Source of the DNA: an uncultured Acidobacteriaceae bacterium
GTDB taxonomy: Bacteria; Acidobacteriota; Terriglobia; Terriglobales; Acidobacteriaceae
Length of the DNA: 64,000 nucleotides
Direction of reading: 5' to 3'
Assembly: GCA_963735215.1 (NCBI GenBank)
Contig: CAVTKF010000015.1
Span: 572,294-636,293, forward strand
Shown: positions 37,111 to 45,783 of the stretch, in pieces
Layout of the letters: the number at the start of each line of letters is the position of its first letter
How positions within the stretch are numbered: position 1 is the first letter of the stretch
Notes under the pieces: generated by a model
The model's input: the letters and a program-made list of their open reading frames with translations, nothing else
Databases searched by the model: none
What the model was told of the DNA's origin: nothing
Translations under genes and position numbers: made by a program

Positions 37111-39948
37111 ATGCAAGTAAAAGCTGCGCGCCCTTCTGTCTTGAGCCTCTCACTGTCTCTCGTGACGCTCGGTGCAATTATTCCGCTCCTGAGCGGCTGC
37201 GGATATTTCGCTGTCACTGACCCCGCGTTCTATGCCGGCATCTCAGCGCCGGTAAGCACTCTGCGCGTGAATCAGCAGACGCAGCTGAAAGACAACGCCA
37301 GGACGACCGGCGTGCCGGTGATCTTCTACGTGAACGGAGTTCAGGGCGGGAACTCAGAATTCGGCACCATCGACAGCAACGGCCTCTACACAGCACCCGC
37401 GATAGTTCCGGTTCCAAACACCGTGAACATCACCAGCACTACTGCCAAATTCCCCAACGATCCCCCTGGGGCGATTGCGATCGGCGTTCTGAACCCTATT
37501 CCTAATCTGACTTCAGTGACGCCGACCGCCTTCTCCGAAGGCACCACCACGGTTACGGTGAGCGGCTCGCAGTTCGTTTACGGCGCGCAGATTCAGTGGA
37601 ACGGTGCAGCGGTTCCGACAACGTTTATTTCTTCAACTCAACTGGTGGCTTCTATACCGGCGCCAAATCCCGGGACGTTTCCCTTGGCTGTGAGCAATCC
37701 GAACCCCGGTTCAGTGACGACAAAGCCAATCTCGGTTAAGGTCGGCCCCGGGCAAGTCGTGCTCACGCTGCAGCCTTATGACGGCACCGATGTGCGCGTG
37801 AGCAATCAACTCAATCTCGGACTCCTGGTCACCGGCACTGACAATCCAGCTGTTAATCTCTCCGTCAACGGAGTTCCCGGGGGTAACGCGCAGATCGGCA
37901 CAGCGGTTTCCAACTCTGACGGCTCCATCACCTATACTGCGCCGGCCGTAGTTCCGAGTCCCAACGTTGTACAGCTTACGATCGTCAGTGTTGACAACCC
38001 CACCGTCTCCATCAACCGCAATATCTCGGTCTTGAATCCGATCCCGATTCTCAGTTCTGCAACTCCCAATTCGTTCAACGTGGGAACGGCATCGGTAGTG
38101 GTTCAGGGGCAGAATTTTATATCCGGTGCCCAGGTGCTCATGAACGGAGCCGCGGTACCGACAACCTTTAACAGCGGCGGGCAACTCACCGCGAATCTCT
38201 CCATCTCCGAGCCGGGCACTCTCGACTTGCAGGTGCTGAACCCAAACCCGGGCCCCGCCACCTCCAACGATTTGATTGAAGACGTTGCAGGGGGCGCGCC
38301 GGTTCTGTTGGAAACGCCCCAGGATGCCACGCGTTTCCTTGACCAGGCGACATTCGGCGCCACCGACGGAGACATCCATCAGGTCTCGCAGATAGGCTTC
38401 CAGACTTGGCTCAATCAGCAGTTCACCATTCCACAGACGTTGCGTGAGCCAAGTGTAGAGCAGGCACTGATCGTGAACAACCCTCCGTGCAGCTCCAGCG
38501 ATTTGAAGTGCAACACGGCTCTCTTCCTACAGAACAACCAGAGCGAGATCTATGTCGAAAATGCCTTTTGGCAGCAAGCTCTTGCGGCAAACGATGAACT
38601 CCGGCAGCGTGTGCAGTATGCTCTCTCAGAACAATTCGTGATTTCAGGGACGACTCCAGCGGTGCAGAACATGCCGCGCGGCGAAGCGGCCTATTACGAC
38701 ATGCTGGGTGCCGACGCCTTCGGGAATTTCCGGCAGCTGCTTCAGGACGTCACGCTGAATCCCATGATGGGACAGTTCCTCGCGATGCTTCAGAACGACA
38801 AGGGCGATGCCAATACGGATCCGGACGAGAACTACGCGCGCGAAGTAATGCAGTTGTTCACCGTCGGCCTTTATCAGTTGAACGACGATGGCACACAGAA
38901 GCTCGACTCCACCGGCAACCCCATTCCAACGTACTCGAATACCGATGTAATGGGACTGGCAAAAGTCCTCACCGGCTTCAGTTGGAATGTCCCCGGCAAC
39001 ACCAGTGATACGGCATGGTCGAATTGCTGCATCTATGTCGGGACCGGGTTTGGCGAAGATCTCCTGCCCATGCAGGCTTACCCGAGCCATCACTCCACCG
39101 AGGAGAAGGATTTTCTCGGTGTCACTATTCCCGCCTCGGGCGCGCCGGATCCAAATGGCGATCTCAAAATCGCGCTCGATACGCTTTTCAATCACCCGAA
39201 TCTGCCGGCATTTTTCTCAAAGCAATTGATCGAACACCTGGTGACGTCGAATCCAAGCCCCGCATACGTGGGCCGGGTCGCCGCCGTTTTCAAGGACAAC
39301 GGCCAGGGTGTTCGCGGCGATATGAAGGCCGTAATCACCGCAATTCTTCTCGATCCTGAAGCACGCGACACTGCGACCGATGCCGCCAATCCGCAATATG
39401 GCAAAGTCCGTGAAGCGCTGATCCGCTACACCAACTGGGCTCGAGCTTTCACGGCACAATCGCGAACGGGGTCGTATTACCTGGGCAGCACCGAGGATCC
39501 CATCTGGGGTGTTGGACAGATGCCCATGCGTTCTCCAACGGTGTTCAACTGGTTTGCCCCGGGCTACGTGCCGCCCGGTACCAGCATTGCGCAAGCCGGA
39601 CTCGTCGCGCCTGAGATGCAGATGACGAACGTTACGACCGTCGTCGGTTATCTGAACTACATGCAATCTGCTATTGGAAGTGATTCGAAAAATGGGTCCG
39701 ATCTCTTTTCCTCCTATGGCGCCGAGTTGAACCTGGCGAACACGCCAGATCAACTGGTGGATCGAGTCAATCTGCTGCTAATGGCAGGACAGATGGACAG
39801 CACGCTGCAAAGCCAGATTCTGAGCGCGGTGAGCGCTATCCCTATCCCGACCAGCGATCAAAACGCAATCAACGCGGCGCTTGCCGCACGCGTGCAGACG
39901 GCAATTTACTTAACGATGGCTTCACCGGCTTTCTGTGTGCAGTTCTAG
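37111..39948 (+). CDS. DUF1800 family lipoprotein with duplicated N-terminal Ig-like/IPT-TIG module
   Basis: Lipobox 'LLSGC'. Two about 170-aa modules, each with 'VNGV.GGN..GT...G..YTAPA.VP.PN' followed by an IPT/TIG-like 'NPIP.L.S.TP..F..GT..V.V.G..F..GAQ...NGAAVPTTF'. C-terminal about 560 aa is DUF1800-like ('ATRFLDQATFGAT...', 'ENYAREVMQLFTVG'). Confidence 0.8.
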   Translation: MQVKAARPSVLSLSLSLVTLGAIIPLLSGCGYFAVTDPAFYAGISAPVSTLRVNQQTQLKDNARTTGVPVIFYVNGVQGGNSEFGTIDSNGLYTAPAIVPVPNTVNITSTTAKFPNDPPGAIAIGVLNPIPNLTSVTPTAFSEGTTTVTVSGSQFVYGAQIQWNGAAVPTTFISSTQLVASIPAPNPGTFPLAVSNPNPGSVTTKPISVKVGPGQVVLTLQPYDGTDVRVSNQLNLGLLVTGTDNPAVNLSVNGVPGGNAQIGTAVSNSDGSITYTAPAVVPSPNVVQLTIVSVDNPTVSINRNISVLNPIPILSSATPNSFNVGTASVVVQGQNFISGAQVLMNGAAVPTTFNSGGQLTANLSISEPGTLDLQVLNPNPGPATSNDLIEDVAGGAPVLLETPQDATRFLDQATFGATDGDIHQVSQIGFQTWLNQQFTIPQTLREPSVEQALIVNNPPCSSSDLKCNTALFLQNNQSEIYVENAFWQQALAANDELRQRVQYALSEQFVISGTTPAVQNMPRGEAAYYDMLGADAFGNFRQLLQDVTLNPMMGQFLAMLQNDKGDANTDPDENYAREVMQLFTVGLYQLNDDGTQKLDSTGNPIPTYSNTDVMGLAKVLTGFSWNVPGNTSDTAWSNCCIYVGTGFGEDLLPMQAYPSHHSTEEKDFLGVTIPASGAPDPNGDLKIALDTLFNHPNLPAFFSKQLIEHLVTSNPSPAYVGRVAAVFKDNGQGVRGDMKAVITAILLDPEARDTATDAANPQYGKVREALIRYTNWARAFTAQSRTGSYYLGSTEDPIWGVGQMPMRSPTVFNWFAPGYVPPGTSIAQAGLVAPEMQMTNVTTVVGYLNYMQSAIGSDSKNGSDLFSSYGAELNLANTPDQLVDRVNLLLMAGQMDSTLQSQILSAVSAIPIPTSDQNAINAALAARVQTAIYLTMASPAFCVQF

Positions 39949-39957
39949 GAGACTACA

Positions 39958-41391
39958 GTGAATAAACTCGAACGATCACGCCGCCAGTTTCTTCGGACAG
40001 CCTCTATGGCCTCAATGGCAGGCCTTTACGCCAGCCCTTTCCTCCTGGAACTGAATTCGTTGGCAGCCATGGCGCAGAGTTCCGCGCCATCCGACTATCG
40101 GGCACTTGTGTGCGTGTTTCTGCAGGGCGGCAACGATGGTCACGGTACGATTATTGCGACCGATCCTGGTTCCTATGCGGCTTTTACGCAGGCAAGGTCG
40201 GGCGCGCCAGGTCTCGCCTATCCTCTCAGCCAACTGCTTCCAATCACGCCGAGGACCGCACAGAGCGGCCGCACCTTTGCCCTGAATCCATCCTTGGGCG
40301 GCGTCCAGAACCTGTTCAACGCAGGGCGAGCCGCAGTTGTCGCGAATGTCGGTACACTCATCGCTCCGGCGACCAAGGCACAGGTGATGAGCAGTTCTGT
40401 TCCGCTGCCCGCTTCGCTCTATTCGCATTTCGATCAAACGGCGGCGTGGCAGGCGATCGCATCCAACGGTGGCAGTGCCGAGCACATCGGCTGGGGTGGA
40501 TCGGTCGCCGATCTGATTGAAAGCATGGGCATGAATTCCAATTCCATGTTCACCTGCATCTCCACCTCGGGAATCGCGCTATTCCTTTCCGGCCAGAGTT
40601 CTTACCAGCTCAACGTCACCTCGGCTGGCCCCATTCCCATCGGCGGATTAGCACAGCCGCTCTTCGGGCAGCCAGCAGGGACCAACGCCCTCTCGTCGAT
40701 CCTGACAGCCGACGAAGCAAATCTGTTCGCGAAGGAATACGAGGTCGTGGTGAACCGGTCGCAGCTGGCTCAGGAGCAGCTTTCCACTTCAATGATGCCC
40801 GCGGGAGCGACAGGAATCCCCAATCCCCCGCAATACCTCGACCCTGTCACCAACAAGCTCACTGATAATCCTCTCGCTATTTCGTTGCAGACGGTCGCGC
40901 GCATCATCGGCGGACGCTCGGGACTTGGCGTGAGCCGGCAGATCTTCTACGTGCAGCTCGGCAGTTTCGATACGCACAACAATCAGGCCCAGTTGCATGC
41001 TCAACTCCTTACACAGCTCGGCCAGGCACTTGAATACTTCGACGGATTGATGACATCCGCAGGTCTTGGAGATCAGGTCACCGCCTTTACTGCATCCGAC
41101 TTCGGCAGGACACTCACGTCGAATAGCAACGGTACGGACCATGGCTGGGGAAGTCACCACTTCGTTGTGGGTGGCGCGGTGCAAGGGCAGGACATCTACG
41201 GTCAATACCCAGTTGTCGGTGCAAACCAAGCCAACGACGTAGGCGCGGGCCGTTTGATTCCGACCATATCTGTGGATGAGTACGCCGGGACGCTGGCTCG
41301 GTGGTTTGGTTTGTCAGACGGTCAGATCCGGCAGATACTGCCGAATCTGGGCAACTTCGGCTCGAGCCCATATCTTGGCTTCATGGGCTAG
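39958..41391 (+). CDS. DUF1501 family protein (sulfatase/alkaline-phosphatase-like fold) with Tat signal
   Basis: 'SRRQFLRTASMASMAGL' twin-arginine signal. 'LVCVFLQGGNDGHG', 'FYVQLGSFDTHNNQ', 'SDFGRTLTSNSNGTDHGWGSHHFVVGG' are typical DUF1501 blocks. GTG start 9 nt after the DUF1800 stop. Confidence 0.85.
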   Translation: MNKLERSRRQFLRTASMASMAGLYASPFLLELNSLAAMAQSSAPSDYRALVCVFLQGGNDGHGTIIATDPGSYAAFTQARSGAPGLAYPLSQLLPITPRTAQSGRTFALNPSLGGVQNLFNAGRAAVVANVGTLIAPATKAQVMSSSVPLPASLYSHFDQTAAWQAIASNGGSAEHIGWGGSVADLIESMGMNSNSMFTCISTSGIALFLSGQSSYQLNVTSAGPIPIGGLAQPLFGQPAGTNALSSILTADEANLFAKEYEVVVNRSQLAQEQLSTSMMPAGATGIPNPPQYLDPVTNKLTDNPLAISLQTVARIIGGRSGLGVSRQIFYVQLGSFDTHNNQAQLHAQLLTQLGQALEYFDGLMTSAGLGDQVTAFTASDFGRTLTSNSNGTDHGWGSHHFVVGGAVQGQDIYGQYPVVGANQANDVGAGRLIPTISVDEYAGTLARWFGLSDGQIRQILPNLGNFGSSPYLGFMG

Positions 41392-42045
41392 TCTGCCGGG
41401 TCTCTTTGGACCCAGGGTTGCAAACCTGCTCTCACCATGCCGGTGCCCTGACATGTGCGCCATGAAGGCTTGTCTGCGTCAGCATCACAAGCGCGCCCAC
41501 TCAAAGATAGTGCGCAGTTAACAGCCGTTGTCCAAAGACAAGCGTCTTTAAATGGCCGCCATCAGCCACAGACACTTTCCATTCGAGCCGGAAAGGACCG
41601 CAATACCGTAATTTTTCGGGATACCCGCCAGTAATATTCCGAATAGACCCGCGGCCTCCCCTGGCTTACCTTGCAACCTAGAGTGCGGGCCTTCGCTATC
41701 CCGAGAGAGCATTTGCAGCTGAGGTCCAAGAGCACAAAAGCAGGTGTCGAAGTTCTGGGCCACTCAGGTCTTGCAAGCGCATCCAAGAACGTTCTGACTA
41801 TCAACCATCAAAGCTCCAGAGGAATGCTCTTCTGAAGAATCCGTAGTTTCGCTTCAGATACCCCCGCACGCGGAGCTCTGCACCTTTGACCAAATATGCA
41901 ACGCCTCGCGCCCCGATCTCTAATGGGGTGCACATCGGCGCGCGGGTAGGGTTGAAGGTAACGGCAGGAATCGTCAAGAGACGTTAGAAGCTGTCGGTTT
42001 GATGAAGGTACGACAACATTACTTTCTTGAAACGCGAGGTGTTCC

Positions 42046-43752
42046 TTGAAGAAACTCCTATGGCTCGCCGAGCTTGCAAGTCTGTGCGTATTCATTGGGT
42101 GCAGTGATGCAAAGCTTCCCTATCTCGTGTCCATCCAGATAAGTCCGTCGGCTCCGTCGATCGCTGCGGGAACCACCCAACAATTTACCGCTCAGGGGAC
42201 ATTCAGCAACTCCGCGACGCGCGATCTAACCGGATTGGTGACGTGGAGCTCGTCAACCCCATACGTGGCCTCGATTGCCGGCGGAGGACTCGCGACCACT
42301 TACAGTCAAGGCAGTTCGAATATTACGGCTAGTTTTACTCAGCCCAGTGGCACGGTTACCGGAACGGCCACACTTGCAGTGGGAGCGCCCGCATTAGTTT
42401 CCGTCGTCATCTCCGATGCTTCGGTTATTGTCCCCGGTCCGAACTCCCTTACGACCGTCAAGACGGCCATGGGCACAAGCCACCAGTTCGTCGCCTACGG
42501 TATCTACACCGACGGCGGTGAGCGCAACATCACGACTTCCGTTACCTGGAGCTCAAGTCCCCTTACCGTTGCGACGATCAACAATGCAGGACGCGCATCT
42601 GGTGTTACACCGGGAAATGCCACGATCACAGCGACTGATCCGACCACCAGCCTGGCAATGAGCGCCACTCTCAACGTGACCAGTGCGACGGTAACGGCCA
42701 TTGTGGTCTCGCCTGTAAACCTGACCATCGCTCCTCTTACCAGCCTCGGCTTCACGGCGCTTGGAGAGTTCAGTGACGGCACCACGCAGGATATTACCGC
42801 GGATGCGGGTTGGACCAGTAACAACGTAACCGCGGCAACAGTCACGAGCACCACTCCAAAGGGGATTGCTACAGGTGTTGGCCCCGGCACAACCACCATC
42901 AATGCTGGTTTCGGTGGCGTGGTGAATTCAGCCCTGCTTACTGTAAGTGCAGCCACGCTGACATCCATCGCTCTTACCCCGCCTTCCTCCGGAGTCGCAA
43001 TCGGTTCGACTCTGCAGTTGCAGGCGGTGGGTACCTTCAGTGACAGCACAACCCAGCCCATCAATCTGGCGGCAGCGTGGAGTGTTTCCCCGAACGATGG
43101 CTCCGTCGCAACCGTGAATCCGGCAGGACTAGTGACCGGTGTCGCTGCTGGAACAGCCACAGTGAAGGCGCAGGTTGGTACTGTCACGAAGACGGCGACT
43201 CTCACCGTCGAAAACCTGACTTCCATTGCCGTCACTCCGACGGCCGCAAGCATAGCCGACGGGACAGCCGCGGGGTTGGACGCGGTAGCCACTCTCGCCG
43301 ACGGCTCGACTCAGGACGTAACTTCCTCCGTCACCTGGGTATCGGCGAATCCGGCTGCCGCCACTATCAGCGATGCCGTGGGTACGTCCGGATGGGCAAC
43401 AGGCGTCGCTCCCGGAAATGCCGCGATTGAAGCGGTGTTCAACGGCCAATCTGCTTTGGTTCAACTCACGGTGACGAATGCCACCTTGAGTACCATCGCG
43501 ATCACGCCGGCAACGGCCCAAAGCATCGCTCTTGGTCACGCACAGCAATACAGCGTCCAGGCAACCTTCAGCGATTCGACAACTCAGGACCTCACCAACC
43601 AGGTGACGTGGACTTCATCCGATCCAGCTGTGGCTGTCATCAATGGATTCGGTCTCGCTACCAGCACGGGTGCCGGATCAACCACGGTGAAGGCCGCGGG
43701 CGATATCAACGGAAGCACTGCGACCGATAGCAAGGTTCTCGTTGTGTTTTGA
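42046..43752 (+). CDS. lipoprotein made of six bacterial Ig-like group 2 (Big_2) domains
   Basis: TTG start. 'MKKLLWLAELASLCVFIGCSD' is a lipobox-like signal. Six about 90-aa repeats follow the pattern 'L.SI.(I/V)(S/T)P....I..G...Q..A.G.FSD.TT.D.T..V.W.S....VA...'. Confidence 0.8.
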   Translation: MKKLLWLAELASLCVFIGCSDAKLPYLVSIQISPSAPSIAAGTTQQFTAQGTFSNSATRDLTGLVTWSSSTPYVASIAGGGLATTYSQGSSNITASFTQPSGTVTGTATLAVGAPALVSVVISDASVIVPGPNSLTTVKTAMGTSHQFVAYGIYTDGGERNITTSVTWSSSPLTVATINNAGRASGVTPGNATITATDPTTSLAMSATLNVTSATVTAIVVSPVNLTIAPLTSLGFTALGEFSDGTTQDITADAGWTSNNVTAATVTSTTPKGIATGVGPGTTTINAGFGGVVNSALLTVSAATLTSIALTPPSSGVAIGSTLQLQAVGTFSDSTTQPINLAAAWSVSPNDGSVATVNPAGLVTGVAAGTATVKAQVGTVTKTATLTVENLTSIAVTPTAASIADGTAAGLDAVATLADGSTQDVTSSVTWVSANPAAATISDAVGTSGWATGVAPGNAAIEAVFNGQSALVQLTVTNATLSTIAITPATAQSIALGHAQQYSVQATFSDSTTQDLTNQVTWTSSDPAVAVINGFGLATSTGAGSTTVKAAGDINGSTATDSKVLVVF

Positions 43753-43879
43753 AGCGGAGGAACGCTCGAAGGAGAGACCCTCACGAAGGCCTCTTCAAGC
43801 AGAGTCAACTTCTCGAAGCACCAATGAGTCCGATCAAGGGATCAAGATTGCTGCCCGACGTGGAGTTATGGAGGAATTA

Positions 43880-45556
43880 ATGAAGCTCAAAGTCGCGTTT
43901 ATCTTTGTGGCTGTCATGCTGCTTGGCTTGGCGGCATGGTCTCAGCAAGCTCCGAAGGTGGAACTCTCGGTCGACTATAGCTACGCGCACTATGGAGCTA
44001 TCGACTTCGAGTCCCAGACCTTTGAATACGGGCAATGGTTTGGTCTAAACGGCGGCGGCGCTGCGGTGGTTTACAACTTTGGCTCGAAGTTCGGACTCAG
44101 GGCCGATTTCCAGGGCTACACAAGCGATACGCGCACCCTGACCATCCCGGCCGGCAACCCATTTCTCCCACAGGGCGGATCGGCCAGTGTCTCTGGCAAT
44201 CTCACCACCTACATGTTCGGTCCCCAATTCGGAATTCGACGCGGCCATTTTCGTCCGTACGCGCTTGGGCTGGTTGGAGGTGCGTACAGCAACGTCTTTG
44301 GCAATGCGATCACAGCACTCAATTTAACGAACATCAGCAAATCCCGTTCCAACAATGCGTTTGCGGCTGATGCTGGTGTAGGACTTGACATTGCTTTGAA
44401 TCGGCGATTTTCCCTGCGTCCCTTTGAGTTCAGTTATTTGTACACAAACTTTGACAGCGCCGCCTATCTGACCACCAATCAAAATAGCTGGCGCTATCTC
44501 GGTGGTGCGGTAATCAATTTCGGAGGCAAGCCACCTGTTCCTGTTACGGCAACCTGCTCCGCCACACCGGCAACGGTCATGGTTGGCGAACCGGTCACCG
44601 TGACTGCTGCAGGAGCCAACTTCAACCCGAAACACACCTTGAAATATGCGTGGACGGCGTCTGGCGGCAAGCTGTCGAGCGTAGATACGGCGACGGCTAC
44701 CGTCGATACGACCGGTCTGTCCGAGGGGAAATACACGGCGAGTGCCTCCATCACCGATCCAAAAGGTCCGAAGAAATACAACGTGACCAACTGCGCAGCG
44801 GATTTCAATGTCAACGTCCCGCACAACCCGCCGCAGGTGACTTGCTCCGCCAGCCCGACGTCGGTCAAACCAGGCGAATCGTCCACGATCACCGCGAATG
44901 CGACGAGTCCGGACAAGTCAAACATCACCGCCTACACATACACAGCTTCAGGAGGTACTGTCAGCGGCAGCGGAACCACAGCTGCTCTGGATACCGGTTC
45001 GCAGCCCAGTGGAACGATCACCGTAACCGTAACGGCAACCGACGCACGCGGGTTGTCTGGCACCTGCACAACCTCCGTAGACGTAGCCGCACCCCCACCC
45101 CCACCCCCTCCCGCCTGCGCCAACATCGAGGACTGGGGCCAATGCACCTTCGAAAAGAACCCGCATAAACCGTGGCGCGTAGACAACGACTGCCGTGATA
45201 CGCTGGACAAACTCGCGCTCCGCCTGCAGCAGCAACCCAGCGGCACGCTGGCCATCGTCGGCTCCACAAACGATAAGGAAGCCGCTTCGAAGCGCACGTC
45301 TACCTTGGGTGCGCAGCGCGCGGTCAACAGCAAGAACTATCTCACGACAGAGGGACCCACCAAGGCCGATCCAAACCGTATCCACCCGCGCCAGGGTGCT
45401 ACGGAGGGCCAGGTAGTTCACTTCTTCTTTGTCCCTGAAGGAAATCTGTGTTCTGGACAAACGGAACAAGGATCCCCCATCGACGAAAGCACGGTTCACC
45501 CGCAATCCCGCACAGGAGCTGCTCCGAAGCACAGTGCTAAACCTCCGGCACAATAG
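43880..45556 (+). CDS. outer-membrane beta-barrel protein with two Ig-like repeats, poly-Pro linker and degenerate OmpA_C-like domain
   Basis: ATG 43880 with GGAGG 5 nt upstream. Signal 'MKLKVAFIFVAVMLLGLAAWSQQ'. Alternating-hydrophobic barrel strands run up to 'RYLGGAVINFGG'. Two about 90-aa repeats begin 'TCSATPATV...' and 'TCSASPTSV...'. Then 'AAPPPPPPPAC', and a C-terminal 'LDKLALRLQQQPSGTLAIVGSTND...LGAQRAVNSKNYL' that is OmpA_C-like. Confidence 0.7.
   Translation: MKLKVAFIFVAVMLLGLAAWSQQAPKVELSVDYSYAHYGAIDFESQTFEYGQWFGLNGGGAAVVYNFGSKFGLRADFQGYTSDTRTLTIPAGNPFLPQGGSASVSGNLTTYMFGPQFGIRRGHFRPYALGLVGGAYSNVFGNAITALNLTNISKSRSNNAFAADAGVGLDIALNRRFSLRPFEFSYLYTNFDSAAYLTTNQNSWRYLGGAVINFGGKPPVPVTATCSATPATVMVGEPVTVTAAGANFNPKHTLKYAWTASGGKLSSVDTATATVDTTGLSEGKYTASASITDPKGPKKYNVTNCAADFNVNVPHNPPQVTCSASPTSVKPGESSTITANATSPDKSNITAYTYTASGGTVSGSGTTAALDTGSQPSGTITVTVTATDARGLSGTCTTSVDVAAPPPPPPPACANIEDWGQCTFEKNPHKPWRVDNDCRDTLDKLALRLQQQPSGTLAIVGSTNDKEAASKRTSTLGAQRAVNSKNYLTTEGPTKADPNRIHPRQGATEGQVVHFFFVPEGNLCSGQTEQGSPIDESTVHPQSRTGAAPKHSAKPPAQ
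45091..45112 (+). repeat. (ACCCCC)x3-TCCC tract encoding the poly-proline linker
   Basis: Read directly: ACCCCC ACCCCC ACCCCC TCCC. Three C5 homopolymers arranged as a hexanucleotide tandem repeat inside the CDS. Confidence 0.9.
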
Positions 45557-45588
45557 GCGACTGCCTCAGTTGAAACCCTCCCCCCTGA

Positions 45589-45620
45589 CCTGTGAGAGGC
45601 ACGCCTCTCACAGGTTTTTT
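45589..45620 (+). terminator. rho-independent terminator
   Basis: 11-bp perfect stem CCTGTGAGAGG / CCTCTCACAGG with loop CACG, followed by TTTTTT. Lies 33 nt after the stop of the barrel-OmpA gene. Confidence 0.85.
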
Positions 45621-45783
45621 CGCGGGAGCGCTCAGATGTCCGTGGCGCCTCATTGAGATTGCTCAGATCGGCAACGGTTCGAGCGGTTGGTGTGCACTGC
45701 AACCTGGCAGATTAATTTCTGTTTTTCTGCATCTTATTTACATGTGATTGACGCGCAAGGAAGAAGGGGGTAGCGTCTTCGCG

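Noticed and set aside
42504-43292. 262-aa minus-strand ORF inside the Big_2 gene
   Set aside because: It is antisense to a repeat-rich Thr/Ala/Val gene, which generates an open complementary frame. The translation is a low-complexity Ala/Val/Thr mirror image.
42100-43740. Periodic nucleotide similarity that might suggest a repeat array or CRISPR
   Set aside because: The period is about 270 nt. The copies are divergent and lie within one continuous ORF encoding six Big_2 domains, so this is protein-domain repetition and not a CRISPR array.
45660-45700. tRNA-like T-loop string 'GGTTCGAGC'
   Set aside because: No acceptor stem, anticodon arm or D-arm can be drawn around it. No other tRNA-like signature was seen in the window.
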